A program made the translations under genes and the position numbers. Shown here piece by piece: positions 22,976 through 36,994 of a stretch of DNA of 64,000 nucleotides. Positions within the stretch are counted from its first letter, which is position 1, and every line of letters begins with the position of its first letter. This stretch comes from Eledone cirrhosa (Eukaryota): NCBI GenBank assembly GCA_964016885.1, contig OZ024742.1:132308001-132372000 (forward strand), written 5' to 3'. Under the pieces are notes generated by a model that searched no databases, had not been told where the DNA came from, and was given only the letters and a program-made list of their open reading frames with translations.

Positions 22976-25267
22976 CATTTAGCACAAACATTACTGGTCC
23001 CCAAGAACAAAGACACTCACTTGCCAAAAAACTACCGACCCATTGCATGCTAGAACCTGATGTATAAGATGTATACAACATGCCTGAACCTATTCCTCCA
23101 AGATCACTGTGAAAATAATAACACTATCACAGATGAACAAGCAGCTGGAAAGAAAAGAGTTTGGGGATGTTTTGAACAACTCCTAATCAACAAAACTGCG
23201 ATGTCGGAGGTGCGACAACTTTGGAGGAATATGGCTACAGTCTGGCTGGACTACAGGAAAGCTTTCGATTCTGTTGCCCGCTCTTGGATGATAGAGGCCC
23301 TCCAACTTGCTAAAGTCCCAGACATTATTGTCATAGCCATAGAGAGGCTGTCATCTTCTTGGGCTACTATCCGAAGGTTAAAGACAGAGAGGGAGGACTC
23401 TATTTTCACTGATAAAATAAAATATTGCAGGGGTATATTTCAGGGGAAAGACTCTCTGTGATATTATTCATCTTGTCATTAAACCCCTTGTCCTTTCTGC
23501 TCAAGAAATGTGAAGGATACATCATTGTCTCGCAGGAGCACAGAAATACGAACCTAACCAATACTTTCTTTGTGGATGATCTGAATCTCTATGACAAGAA
23601 CATGGATGGGATGAAGAAAAAGCTTGACTTGGTTACAACGTTCTCAAAGGATATAGGAATTAGTGTGTCCAAGATAAATGCTCATAGATGACTGTAAAGC
23701 GGGGAAAAACAACAACACAATCTAGCAACATTGTCATCAATGGCCTAACTGTTTCACCGATATCTGATGAGGACTGCTACAGATACCTGGGGATAGATGA
23801 GAACATATCCTATAATGGTATCTGTAATAAAAAAACGCGTATCCAGGGAATACTACACCCGATTAAGAAAGATCTGGTCACCGGAACTCTCTGCGCAAAA
23901 CAAAACAGTGGCTCACAATGTGTTTGCTGTGCCTGTCCTAACACCAACGTTTGGAATACTTAATTGGGTGATAGACGAAATCCGAGCAGTTGATGTTGGA
24001 ACTCGAAAAATACTAAACAACACCGGAAACTTCCACATCAACAGTGACATAGACAGCCTTTACTTGAAACGTAAGTAGGAGCCCGCTTCTCGAGCAAGTC
24101 TATCTTCATGAAACAGATAAGATCATGAGAGTTGGGAAGGAACTCCTCGAGAGATATTCCTTGTGTGATAATCAAAAACTCACACACAGGGAAGTCGCTC
24201 AACAGTATCGCAGTGAATCCATGGATGAAAAACTACATACTTGTCAGCAAAAAATCATGCATGGATATGTAGCAAGGAAGCTCCAGAGTGAGAGTAATAT
24301 TGATAAGGAAAGTAGTTTATCTTGGACCAACAACCGCTATATGGGCTCACACTTTGAAGGATACGCTTTTGCAATCCAAGAACAGGAGATTAACACGAAA
24401 TACCAGATTCACAAAAGAGATAGGGATGCAGGCAAAACACCTAGATGTGATAACAAATGCAGACTCTGCAGAAGTATCATCGAGGTTATCACCCATGTCA
24501 TCATCAGCTGTCCAAAGATGTCAATGCAGTACTATCTACCTATGAGGCATGATGTAGTGGCCAAAACACTGTACAATGCAGTTCGTAAAATGGATAGACC
24601 CGATAATAAACACATTAAAAGCTACAGCAATGTGGAAGACCTCCATGTACATAATATGAAACAGTACTAGTGGAATGTTGCAGTAAAAACCCCAATAAAA
24701 TTCGGGCAGACCAAATATTATGATACGGGACAGGGAGAAGAAAGCATGCACAGTAGTGGAAACTAGCTGCCCAGCAGATGCCAATATAATATCAAAGATT
24801 AGTGAAAAGGAGATTATTTATGCAGAACTGATTAGTAGTCTGCAGATACTCCACCCTGATTACACCTTCAGATCTATGCCTGTGATTATTGGGGCACTTG
24901 GGTAGGTTAGTAACTGCCTCAATAGAAATCTTGAGAAGCTAGGCTTCACAGGAACAGAAAGAACACAACTAGTTAGGAAACTACAAGTACAATCCATCAA
25001 TGGAACAGTAAACATATGTAATACATTCCAAAAAATGTGCATCTAAATACTTCATATACACATGTACAGATGCAAAGCATATACACATCCACACATACAA
25101 TAACATCCATATCAACACATGCATACATACATACATATCTACCTAGTTGATGTTGTGTACATTTCAAAGAGAGAGTCTTGTGTCTATGTTAGAAACCGAC
25201 TCTCTCTCTCTATTGGTAAAACTTTGGGAAATTATAAAACCAGATGAACATTCATACATACATACAT
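22976..25267 (+). mobile_element. R4/Dong-like RLE non-LTR retrotransposon, 5'-truncated and degenerate
   Basis: NYRPIAC, EQAAGKK..GC.EQLLINK, WLDYRKAFDSV, RGIFQG, FFVDDL, CRLC..THVIISC..RHD (CCHC), RP.I....VETSCPAD..K..Y, PVIIGALG; flanked by (CATA)n on both sides. Confidence 0.9.
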
Positions 25268-25958
25268 ATCAATAGAAGCCTATCGCTCATTCCTCATTTT
25301 CATTTTGATTCGTAGGAAGATATGAGAGGTCATCAGTTGAACTCATTTAGTTGTATAAACACTATCATCACTACTACCACGACCAACCAAATTAATTAAA
25401 CACACGTAGATATTTACGCCTTGGTTAAACATCAATATTTACTTTATTGTGACATTTGCTTTTAATAATAAGCAAGTGGCTGGGCTTACACGAAGTTCGA
25501 TTCTGCGCTGAGTTGAAATCAAAGGAGAGTAGGCATTCGTTTGTGAGTGAGTGTGTGTCAATTTGTGAATGTGATTTCGTAATTGTGTGTGTTCGCGTTA
25601 GTGCGTGTGTGATCTGATTGAAGAATGACGATGTATGGTGCAGGCGTTGTTAGCTTTGGTGTTAGTTCGTGGGATTTTAGGATTAATGGATATTGGAAAG
25701 ATAGAGTGGAAGAGAGAAAAAAGAGTATATATGTTTACGCACACACACACATACACACAAATATAAGTATATGTGTGTGTATATATGTGTGTGTATATAT
25801 ATGTGTGTGTGTGTTTGTGTATGTGTCTGTGTGTGCGTGTATGTATATATGTATTTATAGAGTGAGTAAAACTGAAATAGATCGATTCAGAGCGAGGAAT
25901 GCAATTATTAAGTGAAATAAACAAATGATCGTCCACGCGCGCACGAGAGAGAGATAGA

Positions 25959-26054
<96 letters not shown>

Positions 26055-26349
26055 GCGGGGAAATGAGAGATTGAAATGTAGCAGACAAGTCAGGATAACT
26101 AAGGATCGGGTCTTAGCAACAATGACAGAATGTCAAACTCTAAGGGGAGAGATGTTGGTTTGGAATGAGAATAGAATGAGGAGGTGAGGAATATAGACGA
26201 TTGTGTTTGGATGAGAGAAAAAAAGGATGCAATCAAGGGTAACAGATATGATAATATCGATGATGATAATGAGGGTGATGATGATGATATTGATAAGCAT
26301 AATGGCGTTGATGCTGACCATCGATCATTATGATGATGATGATGATGAT

Positions 26350-26545
26350 AGAGCGGTGGATTGATAGTATTGGTAGAAGGTCGGACGCCATGCTTTATAG
26401 CAAATAGTTACGGCCCTTTATGGTCTGAGTTCAAATCCCGCCGAGGTTAACTTTGCCTTTCATCCTTACGGGGTCGATAAAATAAAGTACCAGTAATGTA
26501 CTGGTGAATTGCTGGCCTTGAGCCAAAAAGTAGAAACAATTATGA
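26350..26545 (+). mobile_element. tRNA-head Nin/Deu-domain SINE
   Basis: ctgagttcaaatcccgccgaggttaactttgcctttcatccttacggggtcgataaaataaagtaccag..gctggccttgagccaaaaagtagaaacaattat; sits in (GAT/TAT)n. Confidence 0.88.
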
Positions 26546-27730
26546 TGATGATGATAACAATGGCGATGAAGAAGATAATGATGAAGAAGATAATGATGAA
26601 GATAATGATGATCACTATTATGAGGATTATGATACTTCTCTTGCTACTGTTAATGATGTTGATGGTGTTGATGTTGATAATAAGAGTGTTTATGATGATG
26701 GTAATTTTGAGATGTGTATGATAACGGTAAGACTGAAGATTCTCTTCTTTGACCTTCTCATACACCTTTCCAGAAGAAAGTGTAACTAGATTCACTTTAA
26801 TTGAGATGACCATCCCCATGTAAGCGTGTCTCAGGGAGAGCCACTATATACAATAAATCTCTTTTTCAATTCATGAAATATCAATTCAGTTCGTCGCTGC
26901 TCTTTGAGTCAGACTTTCAACCACTAAAGTACACATATTCCAACAAGAAAGTGTCATACCGTTTAACCTTCTCGTGTTGGTTGTCGGTTGACCACATTAG
27001 TAGGGAAATGACCGGACCCAGCCTGCAGGTCACTGGGGCACCTTCCCAGCCAGCCATGTTCACTTATTGTGCTCAAGCTCTTAATTACATTTATTATGTC
27101 TCTTTGAGACATTTTAAATAAGTTTAAAGCGCATTTTAATGTTACTTCCAACCACAACACCACATAACTGTTAACTGAGCATTTACTGTACAAGAAATAC
27201 CTGTGCAGTTGAACATATTTTGCGTGGACATATCTTGCACTGAACTACTCCATTTTCGTGATGACAAAAAACATCATCGGTCTAACAGATGAAACGACAA
27301 GACCAATAATTTCAGTAGCCTCGGGTTTGTATTTCAGAGCTTACCATCTCCTACAATAGTTGCAATGAACAAGCTATATACTCCATTACACAATAAGAGT
27401 TAATGATTACTGATAGTACTGTAGTATTAAAGGGACCCCATCAATGAAAGACCTGGTGTTATATCAGAGTTATACAATAATAATATATAATAATGTGATC
27501 ATAAGTAATATATTAAAAAATAAGAAAGTAAATGAAATAAAATAAATTTTAAAAATAAAAATCCAAATTTATTTACATTATATATATTGATAGTCTCCGG
27601 TACTGGGATCAGGAAGATTACAAATACAAGAAGTACTCGATACATGACAAGTTGCAGAGTGATATATATGTGAAAGTAGAGAATTTACCGTGAGCTCGGC
27701 AGTTTCGGCTGGTTACCGAGGCTCGCAATA

Positions 27731-28445
27731 TATAAGGTGGTATCAAAGAGGTCTCGGACTAGTTATGTTTTCAAAAAAATTATATATTGTCCTATGTTTC
27801 AGCATAATCTCCTTCAAAATATTCACCTCGCGCACCAATACACCAGTCCCAGCCTTTCTACCAATTTTGGAATCGGGCCTTGGAGTCTTTTTCCGCAAAC
27901 AAGGTGAGGACCTTGTGCGATTCGCTCTGGATCGCGGTAACTTTGTTAAAACGGCGACCTTATTGCTACATTTTCAGCTTAGAGAAGAGATGGAAGTCAG
28001 CAGGTGATAAATATGGCGAATAGGGCGTGTGCGGAGAGGTTCAATGTTGTTTTTAGCATGAAACTCACGGTGACAGGGTGATTTATTGTCATGGAGAATC
28101 CAATTCTTCGCTCGCCACAAATCCGGGGTTTATCACGGAACGTCCTCCATCAAACACCTCAAAGCGTTACAGTAGAACTTTCGACGATCCTCATGCACCA
28201 CCTGGTTGATTTTCTCCACATTTCTGGGGTTACACTCGTGGCAGGTCTTCCAGATCGCTCATCATCTTCCAGAGACGTTCTTCTGCGTTTGAAGCGTCCA
28301 TGCCTCTCAAAACCTCGCGTACAACCCATTGTCACGGCGCGGTGGGCTTGCCGAAGAATGTAGAATGTCTTTGTAACAGTCTTCCCAAATTGAACGCTGG
28401 CTCTTTGTCCCAACTTCCTAATCATGACAACACAAAACGTGTTGA
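27731..28445 (-). mobile_element. Degenerate mariner/Tc1 DNA transposon remnant
   Basis: HTH region GKTVTKTF..RFKRRRTSLEDDERSGRPATSVTPE; PYSPYLSPADFHLF (YSPDLAPxD motif) at ~27990-28025; TIR-like tataaggtggtatcaaagaggt at 27731. Confidence 0.8.
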
Positions 28446-29314
28446 AGTATTATCAATAAATAGAGAAATAGGTATATATGTGTGAGTATGTGTGTTTATT
28501 TAAGTTTGGTGTGCGTGATAAAATAAGATACAAGCGTTTATATGCGTGCGCGTATAGTGTGGCTGTTTTATCTATACCAACGCTTCATCGATTTACAATT
28601 AAAACTAACATTAAATTAATCCAGCTTACTATATAACTACGTCCCGCAATTTCACAATTATTTCAGTTTTTATTAAAATGAATTCCTTTTATTTAACCTG
28701 AAGTCACTCTCAGTCAATGCCACTATGACTGCAGAGGCAGTTAATCTATTTGAAATTATCAACCAAAATATTCTATATATTCTCTTGAGCGTTGAAATAT
28801 CGCTTGTTTATTACTGCTTTTCACCTTCTACTAAATGGTGTTAACTAATTCTCTTTCACATCAATCTTCACAAATGAAGACATGCTATAATATTTATTGG
28901 GAAATGTAATACTTCAAATAATATTTTCGAATATCCATTGATTCTTATGTCTTCGTTTTGTTGTTACTTTTTATTATGCAATTGTCTTTTAATATCTATG
29001 AATTAATCTCTATCACTTTTCCTCACACAGAATGTGTGGGTGTGTGTGTAAGTATGTATACTATATTTGTATATATACTATACTTGTCCATAGGTATAAT
29101 TTTCCAGTATTTCTCGTGCTCATGTTAGGCAGGTGAATACTACCCATCTCAGCCTGACAAGACAACAGAGTTTTGAATTCAGCCACATCAGGATCTTATT
29201 CATTCGATTCAGAAACAGAAATAATGAAGTGAAGTAAAGTGAGCTCGAACGATGAGAATAAATATTCAAGAAGTGTAGCATAGATTACTCTCTGAATTCT
29301 CTTTGTAGGCATCT

Positions 29315-30926
29315 GTGTGTGCTTTCTTTTGTGGAGCATGAGTTGTGGTTGTGTCGGTATTGTTTGTGGTGTTTGTGTTTTTACTGTGGTTGTATTTTGT
29401 GTGCTTGTTGGTGTGTGTGTGAAGATGAATTTATTTTCTTTTTGTGATTCCTTTTTTGCTTTTCTGATTTGTGGAATTCCCCCTCATGCTCACTCTGGGA
29501 TGAGGAGGAACTGGTGTCTGGGGACTGTGTCAGAGGGGCGTGGGAGTGTGTTTATGGCTGTGGGAATGTTTGTCTGTGTGTGTCTGAAAGAGGTGGAGAC
29601 GGAGAACTTGTTGGAGCGACTCCCTGGGTGGTTTCAATGTTCCTTGATGGTGTTGTTGCTGCTTCTGATTTATCCTTGATCCTGCTGGTGCTTGTGTTGT
29701 TGTTTGTCCCAGGTTTGTGGCTACCTTGCAGTTTCAGCTGGGGGCAAAAGGCTTGCAGGTGTGTGGCTTACTCACAAATGAAACTGTGCGGCAGTTAGAC
29801 CTCCGTGACTACCTGGATTTCATACCTCTCCGGCAGTTTGATGTTGTCCGTTATAATTTTGATGTCTTTGGGTCTGATTTGTATCAGACGAAACATTGTC
29901 AAACCAGCCCTGAATCACATCTCCCTCTTTGTAAATTTGACGTCGATGTGGGTGTCAAGACCCTGTGCTACAACACATCGCATGAACTACCATAAGTTCA
30001 GTCGCGGCGCAATCCAGCTTTACTGTCCCTCTCCCCGTGTAGGATATGTACATGTTTATTGGGTCCGTTTTGCAGGGGACTACATAATACTTTATCGCAA
30101 CGGCCTCGGTTTTGAAGAGCACCAAGATGCTCCTAAATTATTTGATCCTTGCAATATACTCTACGTCATTATTGTTTCAGTGCAGCCTCTACATCTCCTT
30201 CAGAGTCTGTCTCTCGCTTTTTCAAGGTTTCACTGCAATGCTTCTATATGTCAGCGCTCTCCTCTCCTTTGCTGCCATCACCTTTGCCGGGATGTTTAAG
30301 TTGTCCCAGGATTTTCTCTCTTTATAATATCTTTCCAGCTGGGCCAAACGCTCATTTTTTTCTATGTATAGCGTTTGACTATTTGCCGATGTGGCAGCGA
30401 AACTGATCCTGCTGCTGCTGTTGTTCTTGTCTTTCTTTGGGTGCTGCTGATTTGCTGCATTTAATTGCTACTGATAGTTTTGTCGTTTTTCATGTTGTCG
30501 TTGTTGCTGTTGTTATGGTTGTTCCTGCTGTTGTTGGTGTCTTGTTTTCATTGGTGTTTTCACTGCTGCTGGTGTTGTTATTGGTTTTCTGTTTTGTAGG
30601 TGCTGCTGTTAGGGATACTGCTCAATACTGGTGTTTGCAATGTTGTAGGAGAGGTGAGGTTATTGCGCTCGACGTGTCACGTGACAGCTGACATAAAGGA
30701 GAGGGGTTGTCTCGTCCATGTATAATTTTAGAGAGGTGGGGAAAAATGTTTCCCTAAAAGAATATTTGGGACCAAAGGCCCAATTGCTACGTGTTAGAAT
30801 TTAGACAGGGCAAGACGAATGTCTTATGACACATTTGTTTCACAAATACAATAATTAAATCGATGCACATTCTTGAAAATAAACGAACTCACGGAGTTCA
30901 CAAAAGCAAGTCTTCAGACTCCGACA
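29315..30926 (-). mobile_element. Tx1-like LINE copy B: 5' UTR and decayed ORF1 only
   Basis: Homologous to ORF1 of 40600-42550 (similar coding blocks and P/T-rich segment); shared 5' UTR hairpin at 30761-30785; starts at (TTA)n. Confidence 0.7.
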
Positions 30927-30929
30927 AAT

Positions 30930-30965
<36 letters not shown>

Positions 30966-30977
30966 TGAAATAATAAT

Positions 30978-33900
30978 GATTTCTTTATTAATCACAAGGG
31001 TTTACATAAAGTAGACATTAAGAACAGTACAGGACAATAGAGAACGGTACAAATGGGCGTTTCTGCATGTAAAAAACAAGAAACAGAGGATGTAATGATA
31101 GAACAATGAAAAAATTCTCCAATAGGGGGGAGACTTCCGGGTGACATTCGTGGAGAAAGCTCATTAAAAAGCCACAGTGACCCAGATCACAAGGGCAAGT
31201 GCCCTCTCCCAGTTTTCCAACTTTAATTTACAGACACATACTCAGAGTAGGCCCATTCACTCGGGCCATTCTTGCCTCTCTCACCCATCTTTCAACAAAA
31301 TGCTGGGAAGAGAGCACTTCCCTTTCTACTCTGATTTTCCTTTTCAAATGAAATTTGAAAATGTTACTCAGGGCATCACCGAAGAGGTAAGTGCTCGTCT
31401 TCAGCCCTTTCAAACGTGTCCACCATACTATCTCTTTCGCTATGGCCACCAGGCAGATAAAAACTGCCTGCCCTTCCCGGCTAAAGGAAGACGGCGGGGC
31501 ATTCCTCACGATGAACTCAGCTGATAGCTGGATCCGTCCTACACGCGACAGAAGGTGTTCGACATAAACCCACAAGTCAGCAAGCTCGGACACTGGACGA
31601 GTGCGTGCAGGACGGTTTCGTCGCCCTGCGAGCATCTCGGATATGCCCGGCTGACGGCACCTCCATGCCTGTAGAGTTTATCCCGAACTGGCAAAGCTCC
31701 TCGGTAGCACTGCCAGGCCAGGGATTTCTGGAAGTTGTCCATAGGCCCCGGCCCGAAAGTTCTTCCGAAGAGATTGGCTAGTTGATTTTCGTCGACGCCT
31801 AGAGTTTCCCCAAGTACGTGGTCGCTCTTCCCCTCCACTAATACTCTACAGAACGCCAAGGTGAAGTTTCCACTGATCACATTGTCCGATTGGTCGAGGG
31901 CTGTGAGCGCCTGAAAACAGTCCAGTCTCCAAGTGCTACCTCTCGGTCTTCGCTTGACCCAGGACTGCAGCTCTCTCGAGGAGACAGCTGGGGAAAGACG
32001 CGTATAGCAAACGGCGACCACACCTGATCACCATCGACAAACAGGTAGAGATGTCGTAGCCTGAGCGCGTGTCTGCGCATCATCAGCCACGGCATTCCCA
32101 GCCCTCCACGTAGGGGGTGTTGACAGCAGATGGAGCGCCTGACCTTCGGAGCGCGTCCCTTCCACAAAAAGCGAAAGAGCAAACGCTCCAGCACAGTCAG
32201 GCGGGGCTTAGGACAAGGTACCACGGTCAGGCGCTAGTAGATGACGGACGCGATATACGCGTTAGCCACCTCCGCTCAACCTTTCAGTGATAGCTTCCTC
32301 TCGGCCCATTTCTGGGTGAGAGAAGCCACCCTGCTCTTCACCTCGTACCAGTTTTTGTCCGTCTGGAGATCCGGACAGAACTAGACCCCGAGCAATTTAA
32401 CTGGTCCGTCCGTCCAGCGCACGACGACGCTGTTCGACGGCATGGACCTGCCTCTCCAGGTGCCGAGCTGCAGGCCCACTGACTTTTCCTGGTTGATCAT
32501 TGCTCCTGTCACCGCTTCGTATTCTCTTAGTGTAGTGCCGATCGCCTCGATGTGTTTGGCGTTCGACACCACTACGGTGACATCGTCCGCATATGCTGAC
32601 ACGGATGTTCCGCATCCTAGTTCGCGCGGGAAACCCTCAACGTCTCCAGTTTGTGCAGTAATGGCTCGAGAGTCAATACGTACAAGAGGGACGAGAGGGG
32701 ACATCCTTGGTGGACCGAGCGCATGATGTTGAACAGTTCCGAAAGGTGACCGTTCACTCTCACCACAGAGCAGACGTCGCTGTGCATGGGAGCGATCCAG
32801 CCTCTGAAGACGGCCCCACAGCCAGCCGTCCTCAGGACTGCCGCTAGATAACGATGGTCGACAATAACGAAAGCTTTCGACTGATCTAAATTGATCAAGG
32901 ACCCACTCATGCCAGGTTCCCTAGCTACCCTCTCCATGATGTATCGCATGAGATGGAGGTTGTCGTGGATGGATCTGTCTGGAATGGCGCATGTCTGCGC
33001 CTCTCCCACCAGACCACCACCGACAAGCGCCAACATCTTTGCTAGCACCTTGGCCAAAATCTTGAACTCTGTGTTTAGCAGAGTTATGGGTCTAATATTA
33101 TCTATGTTATCCCCCTTGTTCGGATCCTTTCACAGCAGCTCCACAGCTCCTCGGCTCACAGAACTGGGAATTCTCCCGTTCTGTTGCCAGTTGCAGTAGA
33201 CGTCCGTCAAGAGGCCTGCGAACAAGTCTGGCATCTGTACGTAAAATTCATAGGGCAGACCATCCAAACCAGGCGATTTACCCCTTGTGCAGCCAGTCAT
33301 TGCCTCCCGTACTTCAGCGGCTGTTATCGGATTTTCGCAACACTCCGCCTCAGTGGCCGAGATCTGCGGCAGTCCGTCGAGGTAGACACTAAAGTCTATC
33401 CCTCGATCCGGCCCGCCGCTGCCCCCGAACAGTTGAGCGAGGTGTCGCTGAAAAGCTTCACACATTTGCCCGGGATCGAGTAGCATGTGCCCGTCGTGGT
33501 CCACCAAAGACCGGATCGTGGCTTTTTTGCCACGACGCGCCTCCGCCACTCGGGCCCATTGAACGGATTTCGTCCCCTCGTGTCTGAGAGCACGCACCCT
33601 AGCTCTGACAATGCAGCCTTCGTGCTTTGCATTGAAGAATTGGTCAAGGGCCAATTTCGCCGCAAGTGCGGCGGTCGCGAGACCTTTGCTAAGCGCCTCG
33701 TCTAATTTTCTAACTAGTTCTCCATTTGCTCTATTTTTCTCTAATGCTAAAGCCTTACTAAACCTAATGGACTCTATTCTAATTGCTCTTTTAAGAGAAA
33801 ACCACTACTTGTTGTTGACGATGGCCCTCGTCAACGCCCGCTTAACTAGTCTCTGTAGGCCTTGCGCGCTGGTAAGGACGCGTTTAGCTTCCAGTAGCCG

Positions 33901-36766
33901 GGCCCTCGTCTATGAAGCCTATCTAAGTCAAGCACACAGATCACGAATTTGTGGTCCGTGTAGCTCACTATCTTGAATTGTGGACAGCCTATGCTGTCTA
34001 TTTCCCTACAAAATACTCTATCTAGATATGATCTGGATGACCCTATGCGATTTGTCCAAGTCCACATTGGCACATTAGGGAAATCCAATCGGTACCTGTC
34101 AGACAGTTCAAAACGCCTGAGCAGGTTGGGGAGGCTCTTGCACCCTCCTCCCCTATCCGCTAATTCCACACAGTCCCAGCGTGCATCTAATATCTCGTTT
34201 CAGTCGCCCACTAACACTAAAGAGTGGGACGTTCCAAGAAAGGTCTCCAGACGCCGGAAGAAATCAGGCCGCCCTGCTCCTGTTGGGGCATAGGCGGCCA
34301 CTAGCCTGAAAGCTTGCCCGTCTCAGCTGGTCACGTCTAACACCAGCAATTTACCTTCTGGGTCCAGGAAGATGGCCCGTATGGCGAGATCCAAACCTCT
34401 CCGAAACGGCACAGCAACTCCTCTCCCCGATCCCGAACTGCTGGGAGATGCGTACACATCGTAGCCGCCGAAGATTGGTGCGAAGGCCCGTGCTTCGGAG
34501 ATTCTGGTCTCGCTGATGGCCACTACATCTATGTTTATTGACCTGAGGTCGTTGAGCAGGTGGCCCTGCTTCCATGACGACCCCAAGCCACGCGCATTTA
34601 TGCTGCCTATTCTGAGTGAGGTCATGTTGAAATGGAGTGGAAAAGATGGGAAAGACCACTTACCTTACTTCTCGTAGAGGAAGGATGGTTTGTCCATCCT
34701 TTTCACTACTTGTGGCCTCCTCCGGAAGGATGTCCTTATAAATCCTCCTGGAGAGTGTTTGTCGGAAGTCTCCGATATCTTTGGGAAATTTTTTTTTTTT
34801 AGTGTCATGTACGTTTTCTGTGTGATGCGAGTGATTAGTATGTGTGGAGGTCGTGTGAATTTTTGGGTTGTTGTGTAGTCTTTTTCTGTGATGCTGGTGT
34901 TGTGTTGGATGTAGTGTAATAATTGGTTGTTGTTCAAATTTAATGATGTGTAGTGTGTATCGTTTTGGTTGTTTTGTTTTGTTTACGTTTGTTGTGGGTT
35001 TGTTTCTGTTACGCTTTTTGGTGACTTTTGTGGTGTTGGTGATGGTGGTGTTGGGGTTAATGATGTTGATGGTGCTGGTGTTTGTAGTGATGGGCTTGGT
35101 GATGCTGGTGTGGATGGTGGCATATCTGTCCTAACTTGTTTGTTCGATAATTTATTTGTTTCCCTCTATATTTTGTTTTTGGAGGGGGAAGGAAGAGAAT
35201 TTTTTATTTTTTGGTTTCTTTTTTTCTTTTTTCCTGATACCGTTTCCCACTCCTCGGTGTCACAATCTGTCTCCAGTTGCGATAAGCCGGGGAGTGGAAA
35301 ATCCTCCACAGGCGTTGGTTTTGGTTGTGGCGAGGTGGATGGTGTAGGCGCTGGTGCCAGTTCTGGCGAGTTGGCGTTGGGTGGTGGTGGTATTGGTTTT
35401 GCTACTGTTGCTAGGGTTGTTGCTGTTACACTTGCTTCTGTTGTTGCTGCTATTTCTGCTGCTGGTGGTGTTGATGGTTGAGTCACTGGGGTGGGTAAGA
35501 GAGGTGGCCTCAACCTTTTAGCTGTGGATTCCTTCACCACAAACGACACACCTAGGCCTTCTGCCCTCGACGATTACGGTGAGGTGGCTGCCGTCAGTGA
35601 GGTCTATTAGCTCTGGGATCTCCTCAATGCTTTTTTGGTCCGCTTGGATCTCCTGCTTCTCTTTCGCAATTTCGATTATCTTGGTGTTGGCCTCGATGCC
35701 GGCTAGGACGGCAGCCATTAGCCAGGGAATTTCGAAGGCCGGTGGAACGTGGGTCACCCTGATCTTCACGAGTCTCTGGCCACAATAGCTTGGGACGAGT
35801 GTGAAGTCGTCACTTCTTCATAGGGCCACAGAGTGTTCTCTGGCCTCCTGTGGTGTTCCAAAGAACACGTGTATGGTTCCATATTTCTGCCCACGTCTGA
35901 TGTGGGTTTTTTTTGCTCACACATGTTCCAAAGCTTTTGGGAAATGGGACTCGGATTCCCGTTCCACTCGGCGCGATTTTATGTTAATCGTCCGATAAAC
36001 ACGGTGCACAGGCGCCAATGCCCCATTTTATTAGGTGGGGGATGAGGCTGACGCTGTACCTATTTTCTTTACCGTTCATTTGGATTCATCTAATTCCTCC
36101 TGAGTTACCTGGATTGCTTCGCACTTTTTTGCTACTCTGGCAAAAGACAGGGTGGTTTTCTTATTCTCATTGTTGTTCCTGTTGTTGTTATCAGTATTTT
36201 TGTTATTGTTATTTTTACTTTGAGTTGTGGTGGTGGTGGAGTCGGTGGTGTTCGGTGTGGAAGAGTCCATTCTGTGTGAATCCATTTCGATGTCACGAGA
36301 TAATTTATTTTTTTCTTTTGTTTCTGTTGTCGCTGTGGTCGTGGTGTGGGTGGCGGTTTCTGTTGTCGCTGTGGTGGTGGTGGGGGTGGCGGCTTCAACA
36401 CCTGCAGTCATTGGTAATGGCGGGAAATGAATGTCTGCATGAGACAAATTTAAATTATTACTACTGCTTATATTTTTAGTGTTACGATGGTGGTGTCGGC
36501 GTGAGGTGTTAGTTTGGGAGGAAGGTGTGACTGTGAGTCGTCCCTGATTTGTTGTCAAAGAAATGTTTTTTTTCTTTGATAATTATAAAAGTTTAAATTT
36601 TGGGCTCCAAGCCCCAATATTTGTTAGTGTCCTTTTCCGAAGGCAAATTTTGTGAACTTATACATAGTTAATAACAAAAATTTTGCATGATTGGCAATTT
36701 TAAACAAACGAAAACAACTAACCTTTGCGGAGCTCACGATGTTACGATTTCCTACGTAGGTCGCCA
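30978..36766 (-). mobile_element. Tx1-like LINE copy C, full length, degenerate (ORF1 ~36558-34665; ORF2 34625-31228)
   Basis: MTSLRIGSINARGL..VAISETR (APE); RT motifs through SAYADDVTV; C-terminal PRC..ETVLHALVQCP zinc knuckle; AATAAA then (ATT)n at 3' end; (TTA)n at 5' end. Confidence 0.95.
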
Positions 36767-36799
36767 ATAATAATAATAGTAATAATAAAAATAATAATA

Positions 36800-36986
36800 A
36801 TTGTTTCTACTTTTGGCAGAAGGCGCAGCAATTATTCAGTACATAACAGGTACTTTATTTTATCGACCCCGTAAGGATGAAAGGCAAAGTTAACCTCGGC
36901 GGGATTTGAACTCAGAATGATAAGGGCCGTAATTCTATGCGTCAAAGCATGGCGTCCGACCCTCTACCGATACTGCCAATCCACCC
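36800..36986 (-). mobile_element. tRNA-head Nin/Deu-domain SINE between two Tx1 copies, co-oriented
   Basis: ttatcgaccccgtaaggatgaaaggcaaagttaacctcggcgggatttgaactcaga; (AAT)n on both sides. Confidence 0.9.
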
Positions 36987-36994
36987 TAATAATA

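Noticed and set aside
26350-26450. tRNA gene (A/B boxes, gagttcaaatcc)
   Set aside because: No cloverleaf; this is the tRNA-derived head of a multi-copy SINE.
26540-26720. Met/Ile-rich ORFs
   Set aside because: These come from a degenerate (GAT/AAT)n low-complexity tract following a SINE tail.
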